A stretch of 62,919 bases of DNA, the filler included, from Octopus bimaculoides (taxonomy: Eukaryota): assembly GCF_001194135.2 (NCBI RefSeq). It is 4 parts of 3 records of this genome, joined end to end, with 100 filler letters (N's around TTAATTAATTAA, not from the genome) between each part and the next. Parts side by side here need not be neighbours in the genome. Positions count along the whole stretch, not along the records: positions 31,255 to 53,665 come from NC_068990.1; positions 53,766 to 62,919 come from NC_069005.1; 2 more parts are not named here. One strand, given 5' to 3'. The position numbers were made by a program, and so were the translations under genes. Position 1 is the first letter of the stretch. The number at the start of each line of letters is the position of its first letter. Below the pieces are notes generated by a model. It was not told the origin of the DNA, did no database searches, and saw only the letters and a list, made by a program, of their open reading frames with translations. Positions 50,213-62,587 of the stretch are shown piece by piece.

Positions 50213-52086
50213 TTTAGTAGAAAGTGGGTTATACATCTTTAGATTGTATACCTGACTTTCTACTATAAAATTAAAGAAATTGACGGAACGCTGAACTCCA
50301 GACTAAACAACATTTATTTACTTGGTAAAACATACATATCTTTAGTTATACATCTTTAGAGGTGAGAATAACGAGCTGTCGAGTATAAGACCGAAAGATG
50401 TAGGGACAGCTTTTAAACACACGTCCATGCTCAATCGCTGGCCAGCGTGAAAGAGAATGAATTGAGCGGGAAACGCTTGCTTTATTAATTCTACGCATGC
50501 GCAGGCGTTACTACAGAGCTCCCTCGCCACAGCGGAAACGCACGATAAATAAAATCTGCTAGAACGCCTGAGGCAGGATGGCCACTGAAAAACCACCCAC
50601 AAGATGTGGTGCAAACACACACAAAGAAAATTCAAAGAAATGAAATGTACACTTGTGAAATACATGCATGCAACGTATAAATGAAATGACAATGACAAAA
50701 CAACCGTGATGACAACTGTCCAGGAATACTGGAATCACGCGATGTAAAAGTCTGAGAGTTTGTTTTCCCTGAAAGGAAAGAAAATGTATGAGTGCACAAG
50801 TGTGTGTGTGAGAAAAAACACAGAACATGCAATGTATAAATGAAATGNNNNNNNNNNNNNNNNNNNNNNNNNNNNNNNNNNNNNNNNNNNNNNNNNNNNN
50901 NNNNNNNNNNNNNNNNNNNNNNNNNNNNNNNNNNNNNNNNNNNNNNNNNNNNNNNNNNNNNNNNNNNNNNNNNNNNNNNNNNNNNNNNNNNNNNNNNNNN
51001 NNNNNNNNNNNNNNNNNNNNNNNNNNNNNNNNNNNNNNNNNNNNNNNNNNNNNNNNNNNNNNNNNNNNNNNNNNNNNNNNNNNNNNNNNNNNNNNNNNNN
51101 NNNNNNNNNNNNNNNNNNNNNNNNNNNNNNNNNNNNNNNNNNNNNNNNNNNNNNNNNNNNNNNNNNNNNNNNNNNNNNNNNNNNNNNNNNNNNNNNNNNN
51201 NNNNNNNNNNNNNNNNNNNNNNNNNNNNNNNNNNNNNNNNNNNNNNNNNNNNNNNNNNNNNNNNNNNNNNNNNNNNNNNNNNNNNNNNNNNNNNNNNNNN
51301 NNNNNNNNNNNNNNNNNNNNNNNNNNNNNNNNNNNNNNNNNNNNNNNNNNNNNNNNNNNNNNNNNNNNNNNNNNNNNNNNNNNNNNNNNNNNNNNNNNNN
51401 NNNNNNNNNNNNNNNNNNNNNNNNNNNNNNNNNNNNNNNNNNNNNNNNNNNNNNNNNNNNNNNNNNNNNNNNNNNNNNNNNNNNNNNNNNNNNNNNNNNN
51501 NNNNNNNNNNNNNNNNNNNNNNNNNNNNNNNNNNNNNNNNNNNNNNNNNNNNNNNNNNNNNNNNNNNNNNNNNNNNNNNNNNNNNNNNNNNNNNNNNNNN
51601 NNNNNNNNNNNNNNNNNNNNNNNNNNNNNNNNNNNNNNNNNNNNNNNNNNNNNNNNNNNNNNNNNNNNNNNNNNNNNNNNNNNNNNNNNNNNNNNNNNNN
51701 NNNNNNNNNNNNNNNNNNNNNNNNNNNNNNNNNNNNAGTTCATGCTGCGTTTTTTCTTCGTCGGGGGTCACCACTTTAGTAGAAAGTGGGTTATACATCT
51801 TTAGATTGTATACCTGACTTTCTACTATAAAATTGAAGAAATTGACGGAACGCTGAACTCCAGACTAAACAACTTAAACAACATTTATTTACTTGGTAAA
51901 ACATACATATCTTTAGTTATACATCTTTAGAGGTGAGAATAACGAGCTGTCGAGTATAAGACCTAAAGATGTAGGGACAGCTTTTAAACACACGTCCATG
52001 CTCAATCGCTGGCCAGCGTGAAAGAGAATGAATTGAGCGGGAAACGCTTGCTTTATTAATTCTACGCATGCGCAGGCGTTACTACA
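50213..52086 (-). mobile_element. Young non-autonomous LTR retroelement (TRIM/LARD-like)
   Basis: LTRs 50213-50515 and 51775-52086 differ by 2 substitutions and one 9-bp indel. TSD CGTC at 50209-50212 and 52087-52090. PBS TGGTGACCCCCGACG next to the 5' LTR, purine-rich GCGAGGGAG before the 3' LTR. Visible interior is non-coding. Confidence 0.9.
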
Positions 52087-52129
52087 CGTCCATGATGTGA
52101 GGTAGAAGGTATGTAATTGTAACGCTTTT

Positions 52130-53250
52130 ACTTGATTAGTTGAAGGGAAAGAGAGGAGAGAGAAAAAGAGGATAAGGCGGAGAGGAAAGACCAGGATTGG
52201 TGGAAGTAAACCTTCGGCGCCAAATACTCACGCTGGCAACCGTGTCCACCATAAAGTACTTTGAAGAAATAGCATCTCGGATGAAAAATGCACGGTAGGG
52301 CGAATCAATGGGGGAGACAACTGACGTGCCAAGCGCCTCCTTGCCTAGTTTCCCCGAGAAGAGTAAGAGCAGGGCTGTGTACACTTTTCGGCCTGGTCCT
52401 TGAATTTCCTATGGTACCAGTAAATTGATGAAATCAGAAGCGCGCGTCCGCACGAGAAAAAAAGACGTCCGGTTTTCCCTGCAGAATGATTCCGTGATAA
52501 TAAACGGTCATTGCACATGCATGCGACTTGACAGGTCAGTTCTGCAATGACCCGCAAGATTTCGAAGGATTGCATGTCGTCCAGAGCAGAAGTACAAGCT
52601 CGTCAAGAAGACGAGGAAACGAACTGAGGTAAAGGAAAAGGACTCATCCTGGACGATAATAGGAAACGGAACGCCACGAAGAACAAACTGGTTGAAAGAA
52701 ACGCCGTTAGAAATAGCAGTCAAAACACCCTAGTTGAAGGAAGACACGACGAGCAGCGAACTAGGATTTTTTCTCAGTAGCAGAGGATGAAATAGAAGTA
52801 CTTGCAAACGGATGAAGAACAAACATGGCCAACACGTGGATAATTCGGGTAGAGTTGAGAGAGAAATTCATACCTGGTACGTAGGAAAAATTTTTGTCCA
52901 TGTGAATTCTGGAGAAAATTCCGGACAATTTTTTTTTCTTCTTTTCACATGCAAATAGAAAATTATCCTAGGACGCTGTTCTTCGAACGACCAGGTTTTA
53001 AATTCAGTTACAACACGAAGAAAAAATGATGTGCAGTTTCCCGCTTGAAAATGGCGCCAAAATTTTCTGCTGAAGAAGACAATATGGCGATGAGAGAGAT
53101 CAGGGATATGTTCCTATACGACGAATGGTGGTCTGGTCGCGTAGACGAAGTCGAGAAGAAGAAAAAGGGATACGTATCCACTGGTCAGAAATTAGTCCGG
53201 GGTTCACCATTTTAGAAGGAATTGTGGTGTGTACTGCGTCGGGGTCACCA
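52130..53250 (-). mobile_element. Decayed Gypsy (CsRn1-like) gag-protease remnant with tRNA-Trp PBS
   Basis: Gag motif YWYHRKFKDQAEKCTQPCSY (ORF 52345-52575), protease FFIRDAISSKYFMVDTVASVSI (ORF 52136-52384), PBS CGTCGGGGTCACCA on + at 53237-53250. Frames are broken. Confidence 0.8.
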
Positions 53251-54779
53251 TTTTAGATGATCTGTTTGTATCATAGTTGTGGAGCCATCTAAATATGACT
53301 CTATTCAGAAGGCTATAATATCATTTTATAGGAACACAGTACAAAGAAATACATAGAACAAGGTTGTAACCTTAAATACCTTTAATGTCGGCCTCACATA
53401 TATATATATATATATACAAGCTGAATGATAAATGGAAATGGTTTGATGTTTGGAGGCCATGATTTTCTCCTGTACGTTGCCTCCTGTCTACTAGTCGCCG
53501 CGTGTCGTGAGAGAACCAACTAGACTATGTACTGCATTAACTTTGGATATCTTTGTTGCTTATTTTGATTTTAATCACTTTATTTTGGAATTGTATGGAT
53601 AATACCATACTTAATTCTGGTGCTTAAACTTAAGTACCATATTCACCTTGAATCTAAATTTACATNNNNNNNNNNNNNNNNNNNNNNNNNNNNNNNNNNN
53701 NNNNNNNNNTTAATTAATTAANNNNNNNNNNNNNNNNNNNNNNNNNNNNNNNNNNNNNNNNNNNNAGAGAGAGAGAGAGAGAGATAGATAGATAGATAAA
53801 AAAACAATGCCAGAACAGGAGCTGATGTTGCGATTAGCCAATGAGTTTGTTAAAAAAATTAATTACCGACAGAGGCAGTGTTAGTACCAAGAGGTAATAT
53901 TTATCCCCACTTAAATGTGGATGTTCTGTACACAAACACAAATACACACATACACACACTGCAGAAAAAGTACGAACGTCTGTAGAATACGGAGTCACTA
54001 TTGCATACATGGGTCCGGGAACTGGCGGTGCAGGGGACAAGCGCACCCCTTAAGATTTTTGTCGGGTGCAAAATCAAACTTTGCACCCCTACTTAATTTT
54101 CTCAGGTTTAGAAGACATTGAGCAAAAAGTGATCCCTAAACAGTAGCTTGAATTAGATTTCTTCTCAAAGAACAAAGAACATAAATAAATAAAAAAGAAC
54201 ATGACCTTATTTATAAAAATTTCGGGGCCTAAGTTTGCACCCACTTAGCAAATTTCGAACCAGTTACCACATAGTATAATCTGTTACTGCTTCTGTCGAC
54301 TGATCAAATGGAAAAGTCATCGTCGAAATTGGCAGAAGATCCATCGATTCAACTCGAGTGAGTATATGTGTACGTATGTGTGTACTTATGTAAGTGTGCG
54401 CGTGTGTGTAAATGTTTGCATTTAATCTCGTGTGCGTGTGACTTTTGTGAGCTTCTGTGTATGCATGTGTAGATGCTTGTATGTATGCCTTTGTGTCTAT
54501 CTGGATGATTTTGTGTCTGTAAGTGTCTGTATTTGTTTGAATAGTATAGGCTTTTGTCTGCCTGTATGAGTACGTGTATATGTGCGTGCGTGTGTGGCTC
54601 TGTAAACGTTTGTTTGTGCTGACTTCACAGCTCGGTAATTTCCGTATTTGCTGACGTCGAAACCCGAGACTTGCATGTCACTATCATCTGTTTGATATCG
54701 TATCACCAATGTTTCCATGATACCTGATATGATTCTGCGATTTATGGCACAATAGGCCTTCGTATTCTAATACACAAAT

Positions 54780-55488
54780 GTACAGACAGACAAACACACA
54801 CACACATACGTATGTGTAAATATATATGTATATATACATGTAGATATATATATNNNNNNNNNNNNNNNNNNNNNNNNNNNNNNNNNNNNNNNNNNNNNNN
54901 NNNNNNNNNNNNNNNNNNNNNNNNNNNNNNNNNNNNNNNNNNNNNNNNNNNNNNNNNNNNNNNNNNNNNNNNNNNNNNNNNNNNNNNNNNNNNNTATATA
55001 TATATATGTATACATGTGTGTATGTATATATATATATACATATATGTGTATATATATATATGTATATATGTATATATATATGTATATATATGTGTATATA
55101 TATATATGTGTATATACATGTGTGTATATGCATACACACATGCACATATATATATCCATATATGTACCTGTATTTATATATATATATATAAATATATACG
55201 CGCACGCGCACAGACACACAGACACAAACATACAGGTAAGCTAACACAAACGAACATGTGTGTGTTTCAGGTATGTGTATATGTCTGCATATGAGTGCGT
55301 ACGTTTATGTATATGTGTGCCTGTACGTTGTATTTGTGTGTATGTGTGCATGTGTATGTGTGTATGCTTATGTGTATGTGTGTGCGTATGTATGTGTGTG
55401 TGTGTGTATATGCGTATGAGTATCTGCCTGTGTTTGTATGTGTATGAATATGATTGTGCTTTAGTTTGTTTGAATATATGTTTGTTAA

Positions 55489-55519
<31 letters not shown>

Positions 55520-55520
55520 C
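54780..55520. repeat. (TA)n/(TG)n microsatellite field
   Basis: Directly visible. Confidence 0.9.
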
Positions 55521-55776
55521 TTTAACACATGAGATCGCTTACTTCCATCTGAAAGCAAGCCTTGTTGAAATCACGAGGTCTGTCATATTGGACTGTCATA
55601 TTTGGAGTGGCTGAAACGGTAGAGAAGCTAATTAATAATGATTGAACGAAAGACAGTTTCTTTCAATGTTTTGTGTTCAATTCCTGCACAAACCAAAACT
55701 TCTTTTATCTTTCCGAATAACCAATAACTAAATTCTAAGTACCAGGGGATGTCGATTTAATTGATCTTACTATATA

Positions 55777-56315
55777 CGAGGTATGATCAATAAGTATTTG
55801 AACTGTTGGTATAGTAACGAAGCTAAAGCACGCAGAGTGAAGCTGCTTCTGAAAAATTGACCCCGAGCTCTGCTGTGTATGCGTACTAAGTTTTAACGTT
55901 CTAGCTCGCTTTCCGCTGTTTACAGCAGTACTTGGTAGAAAGGTGTGTAGCATGTAATCGTCGCATTGACCATGACAGAGACAGTTGTCATGGTGATACC
56001 GGCTCAGAGGCCTACGCAAAGTTGCAGAAAGTGTATGGAGAGGAGTATAGGAGCCGCACACAAGTGTACGAGTGTTTCAGACGATTTCCAAGATGGTTGG
56101 AAAAAAATGTCGATATTGACGAACGTTCTGGGAGACACGCAACCAGCAGAACTGAGGAAGACATTGCAGATGTGCGTGCAACTGTGAGGGGAAATCGTTG
56201 AATCACCATCCGTGAGTTATCAGAGGATGTGCAGATTAGTTACGGTTCAGTTCAGTCCATTATCCCTGAAGATTTGGGTATGAGACGCGTGTCTGCCAAG
56301 TTTGTGCCAAAACCG
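55777..56315 (+). mobile_element. Mariner 5' fragment (TIR plus HTH region)
   Basis: TA + CGAGGTATGATCAATAAGT TIR. LQKVYGEE..SRTQVYECFRRF, DERSGRHATSR, ITIRELSE and DLGMRRVSAKFVPK, with an in-frame stop. Confidence 0.85.
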
Positions 56316-56497
56316 CTTTCAGTGACTGCTGAAATAATTACCAGGCTTGAAAATAAGTACTGGGGTCTTATGGCTGCAGCGTAATAACTACAACAAGTAA
56401 AGGACAAAAGTTAACAGATGTGTGTGTGTGCGTATATGTGTGTGTGTTTGTGCTTGTGTATGTGTGTGTGTGTGTGTGTGTTTATATATGTACGTAC

Positions 56498-56709
56498 GTA
56501 TCTCTTTTACTCTTTTACTTGTTTCAGTCATTTGACTGTGGCCATGCTGGAGCACCGCCTTTAGTCGAGCAAATCGACCCCAGGACTTATTCTTTCTAAG
56601 CCTAGTACTTATTTTATCGTTTTCTTTTGCCGAACCGCTAAGTTACGGGGGCGTAAACACACCAGCATCGGTTGTCAAGCGATGTTGGGAGTGGGCAAAC
56701 AAAGACACA

Positions 56710-56743
<34 letters not shown>

Positions 56744-56925
56744 NNNNNNNNNNNNNNATATATGACTGGCTTCATTCAGTTTCCGTCTATCAAATCCACT
56801 CACAAAGTTTTGGTCGGTCCGAGGCTATAGTAGAAGACACTTTTCCGAAGTGCCACGCAGTGGGACTGAACTCAGAACCTTGTGGTTGGTCAGCAAGGTA
56901 CTTACCGCACAGCCACTCCTGCGCC
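56498..56925 (-). mobile_element. CORE-type tRNA SINE (family B) with internal (CA)n
   Basis: Same head and tail as the 46668 copy; CpGs retained. Confidence 0.8.
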
Positions 56926-56961
56926 TATATGAATATTTATACAAATATGTATAAGTATAAA

Positions 56962-57011
<50 letters not shown>

Positions 57012-57014
57012 CGC

Positions 57015-57188
57015 AGTGCATGGATTTATATGCGTATGTTGAGTATCGACACGAGTCAAAGGTCATACAAAATTTAACCGCGCACTCACGGTATTCTAAT
57101 TCGGTTGCATTCAATACAATTGTCAGTTGTTTGTACGCCTGGCGAATGTTTTACGCAACTATGACGTAAATTCACAGAACCATTCGTA
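57015..57188 (-). mobile_element. Mariner 5'-end remnant
   Basis: TACGAATGG TIR-like start and MNATELEYRECAVKFCM, resembling the mariner N-terminal E.R..IKFC motif. Confidence 0.55.
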
Positions 57189-57399
57189 ACATATGCTGGC
57201 ATTTGCATTATAATTAACACTACCAAACTGATGTTAAGTGCTCTTTTCTGTTCTATATGGTAACCGAGCCTATAGGCTATCTGTGTGACTGTGTGTGTGT
57301 ATCAATGTGCTTCTCTGTGTGTGTATAAGTGAACATGTAATAGCAATATGCATGTTCATTGTTTAAATGTGTTAGATTGTTTGGTGATGTGTTTGTTAA

Positions 57400-58140
57400 T
57401 CGGTGCAACGTGAGTGTTTGTGTGGTCTTTTTAATGTGAGGACTGTAGGAAAATATGAGGCAGGTGGTGTGTGTAAGTGTCTGTGGAGTGGAGAAAGGGT
57501 GGAGTTAGATGAAAAGACGATGAGAATTAAAACCGTTGGGTGCGATGTCTGGACAGACAACGGACCCAACGGTCTTAATTCCTGTTCCAGGCAGATACGG
57601 GAGTAAGGGCGGTCTCTCTCCGAACGCAGACAGATGTTGAAGGGAATGTCCAAGATAGCGGAAGTGGTACAAAACTGGTGTGTTATGCTCGAGTCTTGTA
57701 ACGGTCAGTCAGGCACCGACCACTTTGTTCTAATATAAGGAGAGAGGTAAAGAGAAAAGGGGGTGAAGTAAAATGAGATTGCTGGATGTACATGTGAAGG
57801 AGTCGATGACATGGATGGAGCGGTGGTACCGATGAAGACGGTGGTGTTAGAGAGACAGGGACAGGTGCAACAGCGTGGGTAAGAGAGACGGAAGGATCCA
57901 GGGTTGAGTGCGGCGAGTAGGGTAGATCCTACTGACCAATGACATGCGTAGATTTCGGGTGCGTTTGGAGGAAGGAAGAGGTAGGTTGGGGGAAGATGTT
58001 GAAGGTAATGGCTACAGACTGAAGTGTGTGAAAAGCGCGTAGAGGTAGTGTGAAGGGATGGTAGATGAGGGGGAAAGGCGAGGCAGATAAGGGTAGGGTG
58101 GACACGGAGAAGAGAGAAAGGGCTGAGTGTGGTCAACTGA
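57400..58140 (-). mobile_element. Decayed Penelope-like element (linker plus GIY-YIG)
   Basis: PGSFRLSYPRCCTCPCL (Cys-rich linker), IHVIDSFTCTSSNLI and degenerate SGRCLTDRY, with frameshifts. Confidence 0.7.
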
Positions 58141-58663
58141 CCGAGTGCAGTTGATTAGTCATCAAAGTACACTCGATTCAGATATGTAGATCAGTTGATA
58201 TGCTTTTATATAAAACATAGTCGCGTCTAGAAAAGACACTGTTGAGAAAAATGGCCCGTAGTCACGTGGGAGCAAACAGGAAGAGGAGGAGGGAGCAAGA
58301 GAGAGAGAGATAGAGAGGATGAAGGAAAGAAACAAAGAGAGTGAGGAAAAGGGAGACGGAATCGGAAGATAGTAGGGAGTGGAAGAAAGATAGACAGGGG
58401 ACAGAATAGAAGGAGGGGGAGAAACGGAAAATAAGGAGGATTATAGAGGGATAGAGAGAAATAAAGACAGAAAGGGAACAGAGAGTCGAGTTGCAGAAAT
58501 TATAAATTAAAGTAAAAACTTCCTGTGGACAAAGTCACGTGGCATTCGATTATAAATAAATAAATATAGAATACATCAAGTACAGGACATCACCAACGAG
58601 TGAAAAATACGGAAACACACGAGAGATGAGTACAGGACAAAATAACAAAAAGTATACAACAAG

Positions 58664-58873
58664 AGTTTGAGAGGCAAACATTATTCCAGTGACGAGGAAG
58701 TGAAAACTGTAGTGAAGAAGTGGCTCAAAGAACAGTCAACAGAATTTTACGAGGCAGGGATACATGCTCTCATTCGAAGGTGGAACATTGCTATTGAGAG
58801 AAACGGTGACTATGTTGAGAAGTAGGGATGTGATCCACAGAGGACCAGCTTCATTTTGATGTATGATACATGT
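58664..58873 (+). mobile_element. Mariner transposase C-terminal fragment
   Basis: SLRGKHYSSDEEVKTVVKKWLKEQSTEFYEAGIHALIRRWNIAIERNGDYVEK, stop at 58823-58825. The right TIR would fall in the following gap. Confidence 0.85.
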
Positions 58874-59304
58874 NNNNNNNNNNNNNNNNNNNNNNNNNNN
58901 NNNNNNNNNNNNNNNNNNNNNNNNNNNNNNNNNNNNNNNNNNNNNNNNNNNNNNNNNNNNNNNNNNNNNNNNNNNNNNNNNNNNNNNNNNNNNNNNNNNN
59001 NNNNNNNNNNNNNNNNNNNNNNNNNNNNNNNNNNNNNNNNNNNNNNNNNNNNNNNNNNNNNNNNNNNNNNNNNNNNNNNNNNNNNNNNNNNNNNNNNNNN
59101 NNNNNNNNNNNNNNNNNNNNNNNNNNNNNNNNNNNNNNNNNNNNNNNNNNNNNNNNNNNNNNNNNNNNNNNNNNNNNNNNNNNNNNNNNNNNNNNNNNNN
59201 NNNNNNNNNNNNNNNNNNNNNNNNNNNNNNNNNNNNNNNNNNNNNNNNNNNNNNNNNNNNNNNNNNNNNNNNNNNNNNNNNNNNNNNNNNNNNNNNNNNN
59301 NNNN

Positions 59305-59355
<51 letters not shown>

Positions 59356-59845
59356 GTGTTTCTTCAAGTGTCTGGCCAATACGTCGCTAGATTTCACATG
59401 CTTGAGAGTACAATGAACAACCTAAGTTCAAGTTGCCAGGACACTCCGCTCTACACACGCGTAGATTCGATCTCACAACTCGACACCTTCGGACATGATA
59501 TGGCAGAGTATCGATCGATCCTCAACGAAGTGCACCAGTCCTTCAATCTCGGACAGTGGTCAATATATCATCAATAAGACAGAATGAAGGGTGTGGGGAA
59601 TAGCTTGAAAAGACTCGAATTACGGATGTTGTATGGACAGTATCGATTACATGTGTGTATGATTGTGTGTGTGTGTGTGTGTAGTGTGTGTGTGCGTGTT
59701 TAGTGTTGGGAGACTAGATTTCATGCATGTGTGTATATGTGCGTGTGCATTCACATACGTATATAACTATACATATAGACACAAGCACGTATACATATAT
59801 CTGAGTTTATATAACTGCAATATGCCTGTGTGTAGATATATGCAC

Positions 59846-59925
<80 letters not shown>

Positions 59926-60260
59926 NNNNNNNNNNATACACACACACACACACACACACACATACACACACACATACACACACACATACACACACACATA
60001 CACACACATATGTAATCATTATGCATAGTGTATTTATATATATATATATATATACATATATATACATATATATATATATGCATAGGTACGTACACACATG
60101 CTTACACACACACCGTATATACATATATATATATATACGATGTGTGTGTATGTATGTATATATATATATATGTGTATGTATGTATGTATGCATGCATGTA
60201 TGTATGTGTGTGTATGTATGTATGCATGTTTGTATGTGCGCACGCGCGAGTGTGTGTGTA
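59846..60260. repeat. (CA)n/(TA)n/(TGTA)n microsatellite field
   Basis: Directly visible. Confidence 0.9.
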
Positions 60261-60449
60261 CACAATAGCATGTCTGGCTAATGAAAGTTTACCCAAAGTT
60301 GTATTTTTGTTAAGACGTCTATGTTGGAACACTCACGTACTTCACGTAGAAGCTTATATGGTACTCTACTCTACTCTACTCGACAGTACTCTATTGTACT
60401 TTATTCTGTTGTGTTGTAATGTACAGCATTATACAAAATTGTTTTCATA

Positions 60450-60752
60450 CAATACTGCCATTCACCGAAATGCATTACCGGCGTTCTCGGCCATCGGGCC
60501 ATATCCCTGCTCACTTGTAGACGCGATCGGTGATTGACAAGCACTCGTAGACGGACTCGTAGATTTCTTTTTGAAAAGCAAGTCTAGAGTTGTTTTCTTA
60601 GAAACCTTTTTCGCTTTCTATAATTTTCTCGGTAACATACAAAAGCATTTGTTATGGTGGTAGAAACTTTTGCACTTTGTTCAAAATTTGAATCTTGTGC
60701 TTGAAAAATAAAACGCGTAAACCCAGAATCTCGTAAGGCGGCTCCTCGTAAA
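60450..60752 (-). mobile_element. Possible decayed mariner remnant
   Basis: TACGAGGAG TIR-like end near 60750 and a degenerate AGIWPDGRERR*CISVNGS, weakly like the mariner C-terminus. Confidence 0.35.
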
Positions 60753-60987
60753 GTGAGGCATTACTGTAACGTAGTGCTCACTTCTCCAAGAGATCGTGAA
60801 ACTGCATTGCATTGTACTGCAATATACTGTACGGCATTATATTGTACTTTAATGTAGTATATTAAACAGTAATACACTGTACTGCTTTTAATGTACTCTA
60901 TTGTATTTTATCGTAGCGTCTTGCAAAGTGCTGTATTGCCATACATTATACTGTGGTGTATGTTCCCCACCGTTCAGTACCGCGTCG

Positions 60988-61207
60988 TATTGTACTGTAT
61001 TCCACTGTACTTTGCTGTACTTGATTGTACTGTATTCCAGTATACTTTGCTGTACTTTATTGTACTATATTCCACTGTACTTTGCTGTACTTTATTGTAC
61101 TGTACTCCACTGTACTTTGCTGTCCTTTATTGTACTGTATTCCACTGTACTTTGCTGTACTTCATTGTACTGCATTCCACTCTACTTTGCTGTACTTTAT
61201 TGTACTC
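60988..61207. repeat. 35-bp minisatellite, six copies plus partial, inside a pentamer-rich array (about 60800-61590)
   Basis: Unit TATTGTACTGTATTCCACTGTACTTTGCTGTACTT starting at 60988, 61023, 61058, 61093, 61128 and 61163. Confidence 0.92.
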
Positions 61208-61888
61208 TATCGTATACAGCTGTATTATATTATACTATATTGTTCTATACTGTATTCTATGTTGTACTGTATTCTACTGTAGTGTATTTTACTGTATCAT
61301 TCTGTACTGTAATATTGTAATATTTTTCACTGTACTGCACAACACTTACTCGTGCCCTTCTGCATCTATCTTACAGTACTGCATTATACTGCTTTTTCCT
61401 ATACTCTTTTGCATCGCACCGTACTCTACTGCATTGCACTGTACTTTGTTGTACTCTGCAATATACTCCAGTGCACTCTGTTATTATGCATTGCACTCTA
61501 CTGCATTGTATAGCACTACTTAAATCGTATTCCAGCGTACAGCATAGTACAGCATCATACTCTACAATATTTCACATTATTGTACTGTTCAGTATTATAA
61601 TGAGGAAAGGGAGAAGAATGACAGCGAAGTGAAAGGTACTGAGTTATATACTAATTTCATAACTGTTCGGATGATTCCTGGCAATATTCATCAAATACAA
61701 AATGGCGACTGCGAATATATTTCCAATATGACGGTAATTGAATCAACTGTTTTCCATTTTCATCAAGGATTATTGATTTATACTTTTGTATATATTTGTT
61801 TTGAATAATTTTAAAAGTACAAACACCTAAAAGACGTAGAGGTAGGGAGAGAGACAAAAAAAAACATAGAGGTCGAGAGAGAGGGAGG

Positions 61889-61950
<62 letters not shown>

Positions 61951-62587
61951 GGTAGGAGAATGAGAGAGAGAGAAGAGAGAAATGTACCGAAGGCTACAGT
62001 GATAAAGAAAGAACAAAATATGGAGATAGCGATAAAGAGATAAATAGATATAAACAAATTTAAGATACACAGAACAGAAAGACTAAATAGATTGTTTGGC
62101 ACCATGTGCAGTTTTTGGTAAACATATCGACCTACTAACTATATAGGTTCTAAATAGTTTGCAGGTCTGTTTTATACAGCGTTCACACTAATTGATATTT
62201 CAGTGGAGATGTAGAAATAGGGGAGACAACTATGTTAATGTATGTTGATATATGCATAAAGCAATCCTATTACCATATATGGGAAGTAGACACTGAATTT
62301 GCTTGTATAGTTGATTTTTTCTTTTTCTTTTGTCGGTTTATATATTTTTTTTCTTTTGCAATGCATATTTTATTTATCGTCACGTTATTTCCTCGTCTTT
62401 TGGAAGGAAGTTGATGCAAAACTTTTAATTGAAAGGGATTATACACATACACACATACACACATGCATAGTTATACATGCTTATATTCATATACACTGAT
62501 ATACACATACACAAACACATCATATGTGCTTGAAATAAAGACTTGGCATCAGCCTCTTCCAGAAGACGAGTAAATGATGTGGCGATA

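Noticed and set aside
20288-53721. Identical TTAATTAATTAA islands between N runs at 20288-20299, 31199-31210 and 53710-53721
   Set aside because: A palindromic six-frame stop linker placed within similar-sized N blocks; an assembly or scaffolding spacer, not biology.
54008-54270. Possible hAT MITE with GGTGCA/TGCACC motifs (similar start at about 49984)
   Set aside because: The termini match only partly and no TSD was found.
2819-59577. Long ORFs in the track made mostly of X
   Set aside because: They are open only because N codons are not stops.
60988-61207. Regular 35-bp repeats as a possible CRISPR array
   Set aside because: The units are contiguous with no unique spacers, there are no cas genes, and the context is eukaryotic.
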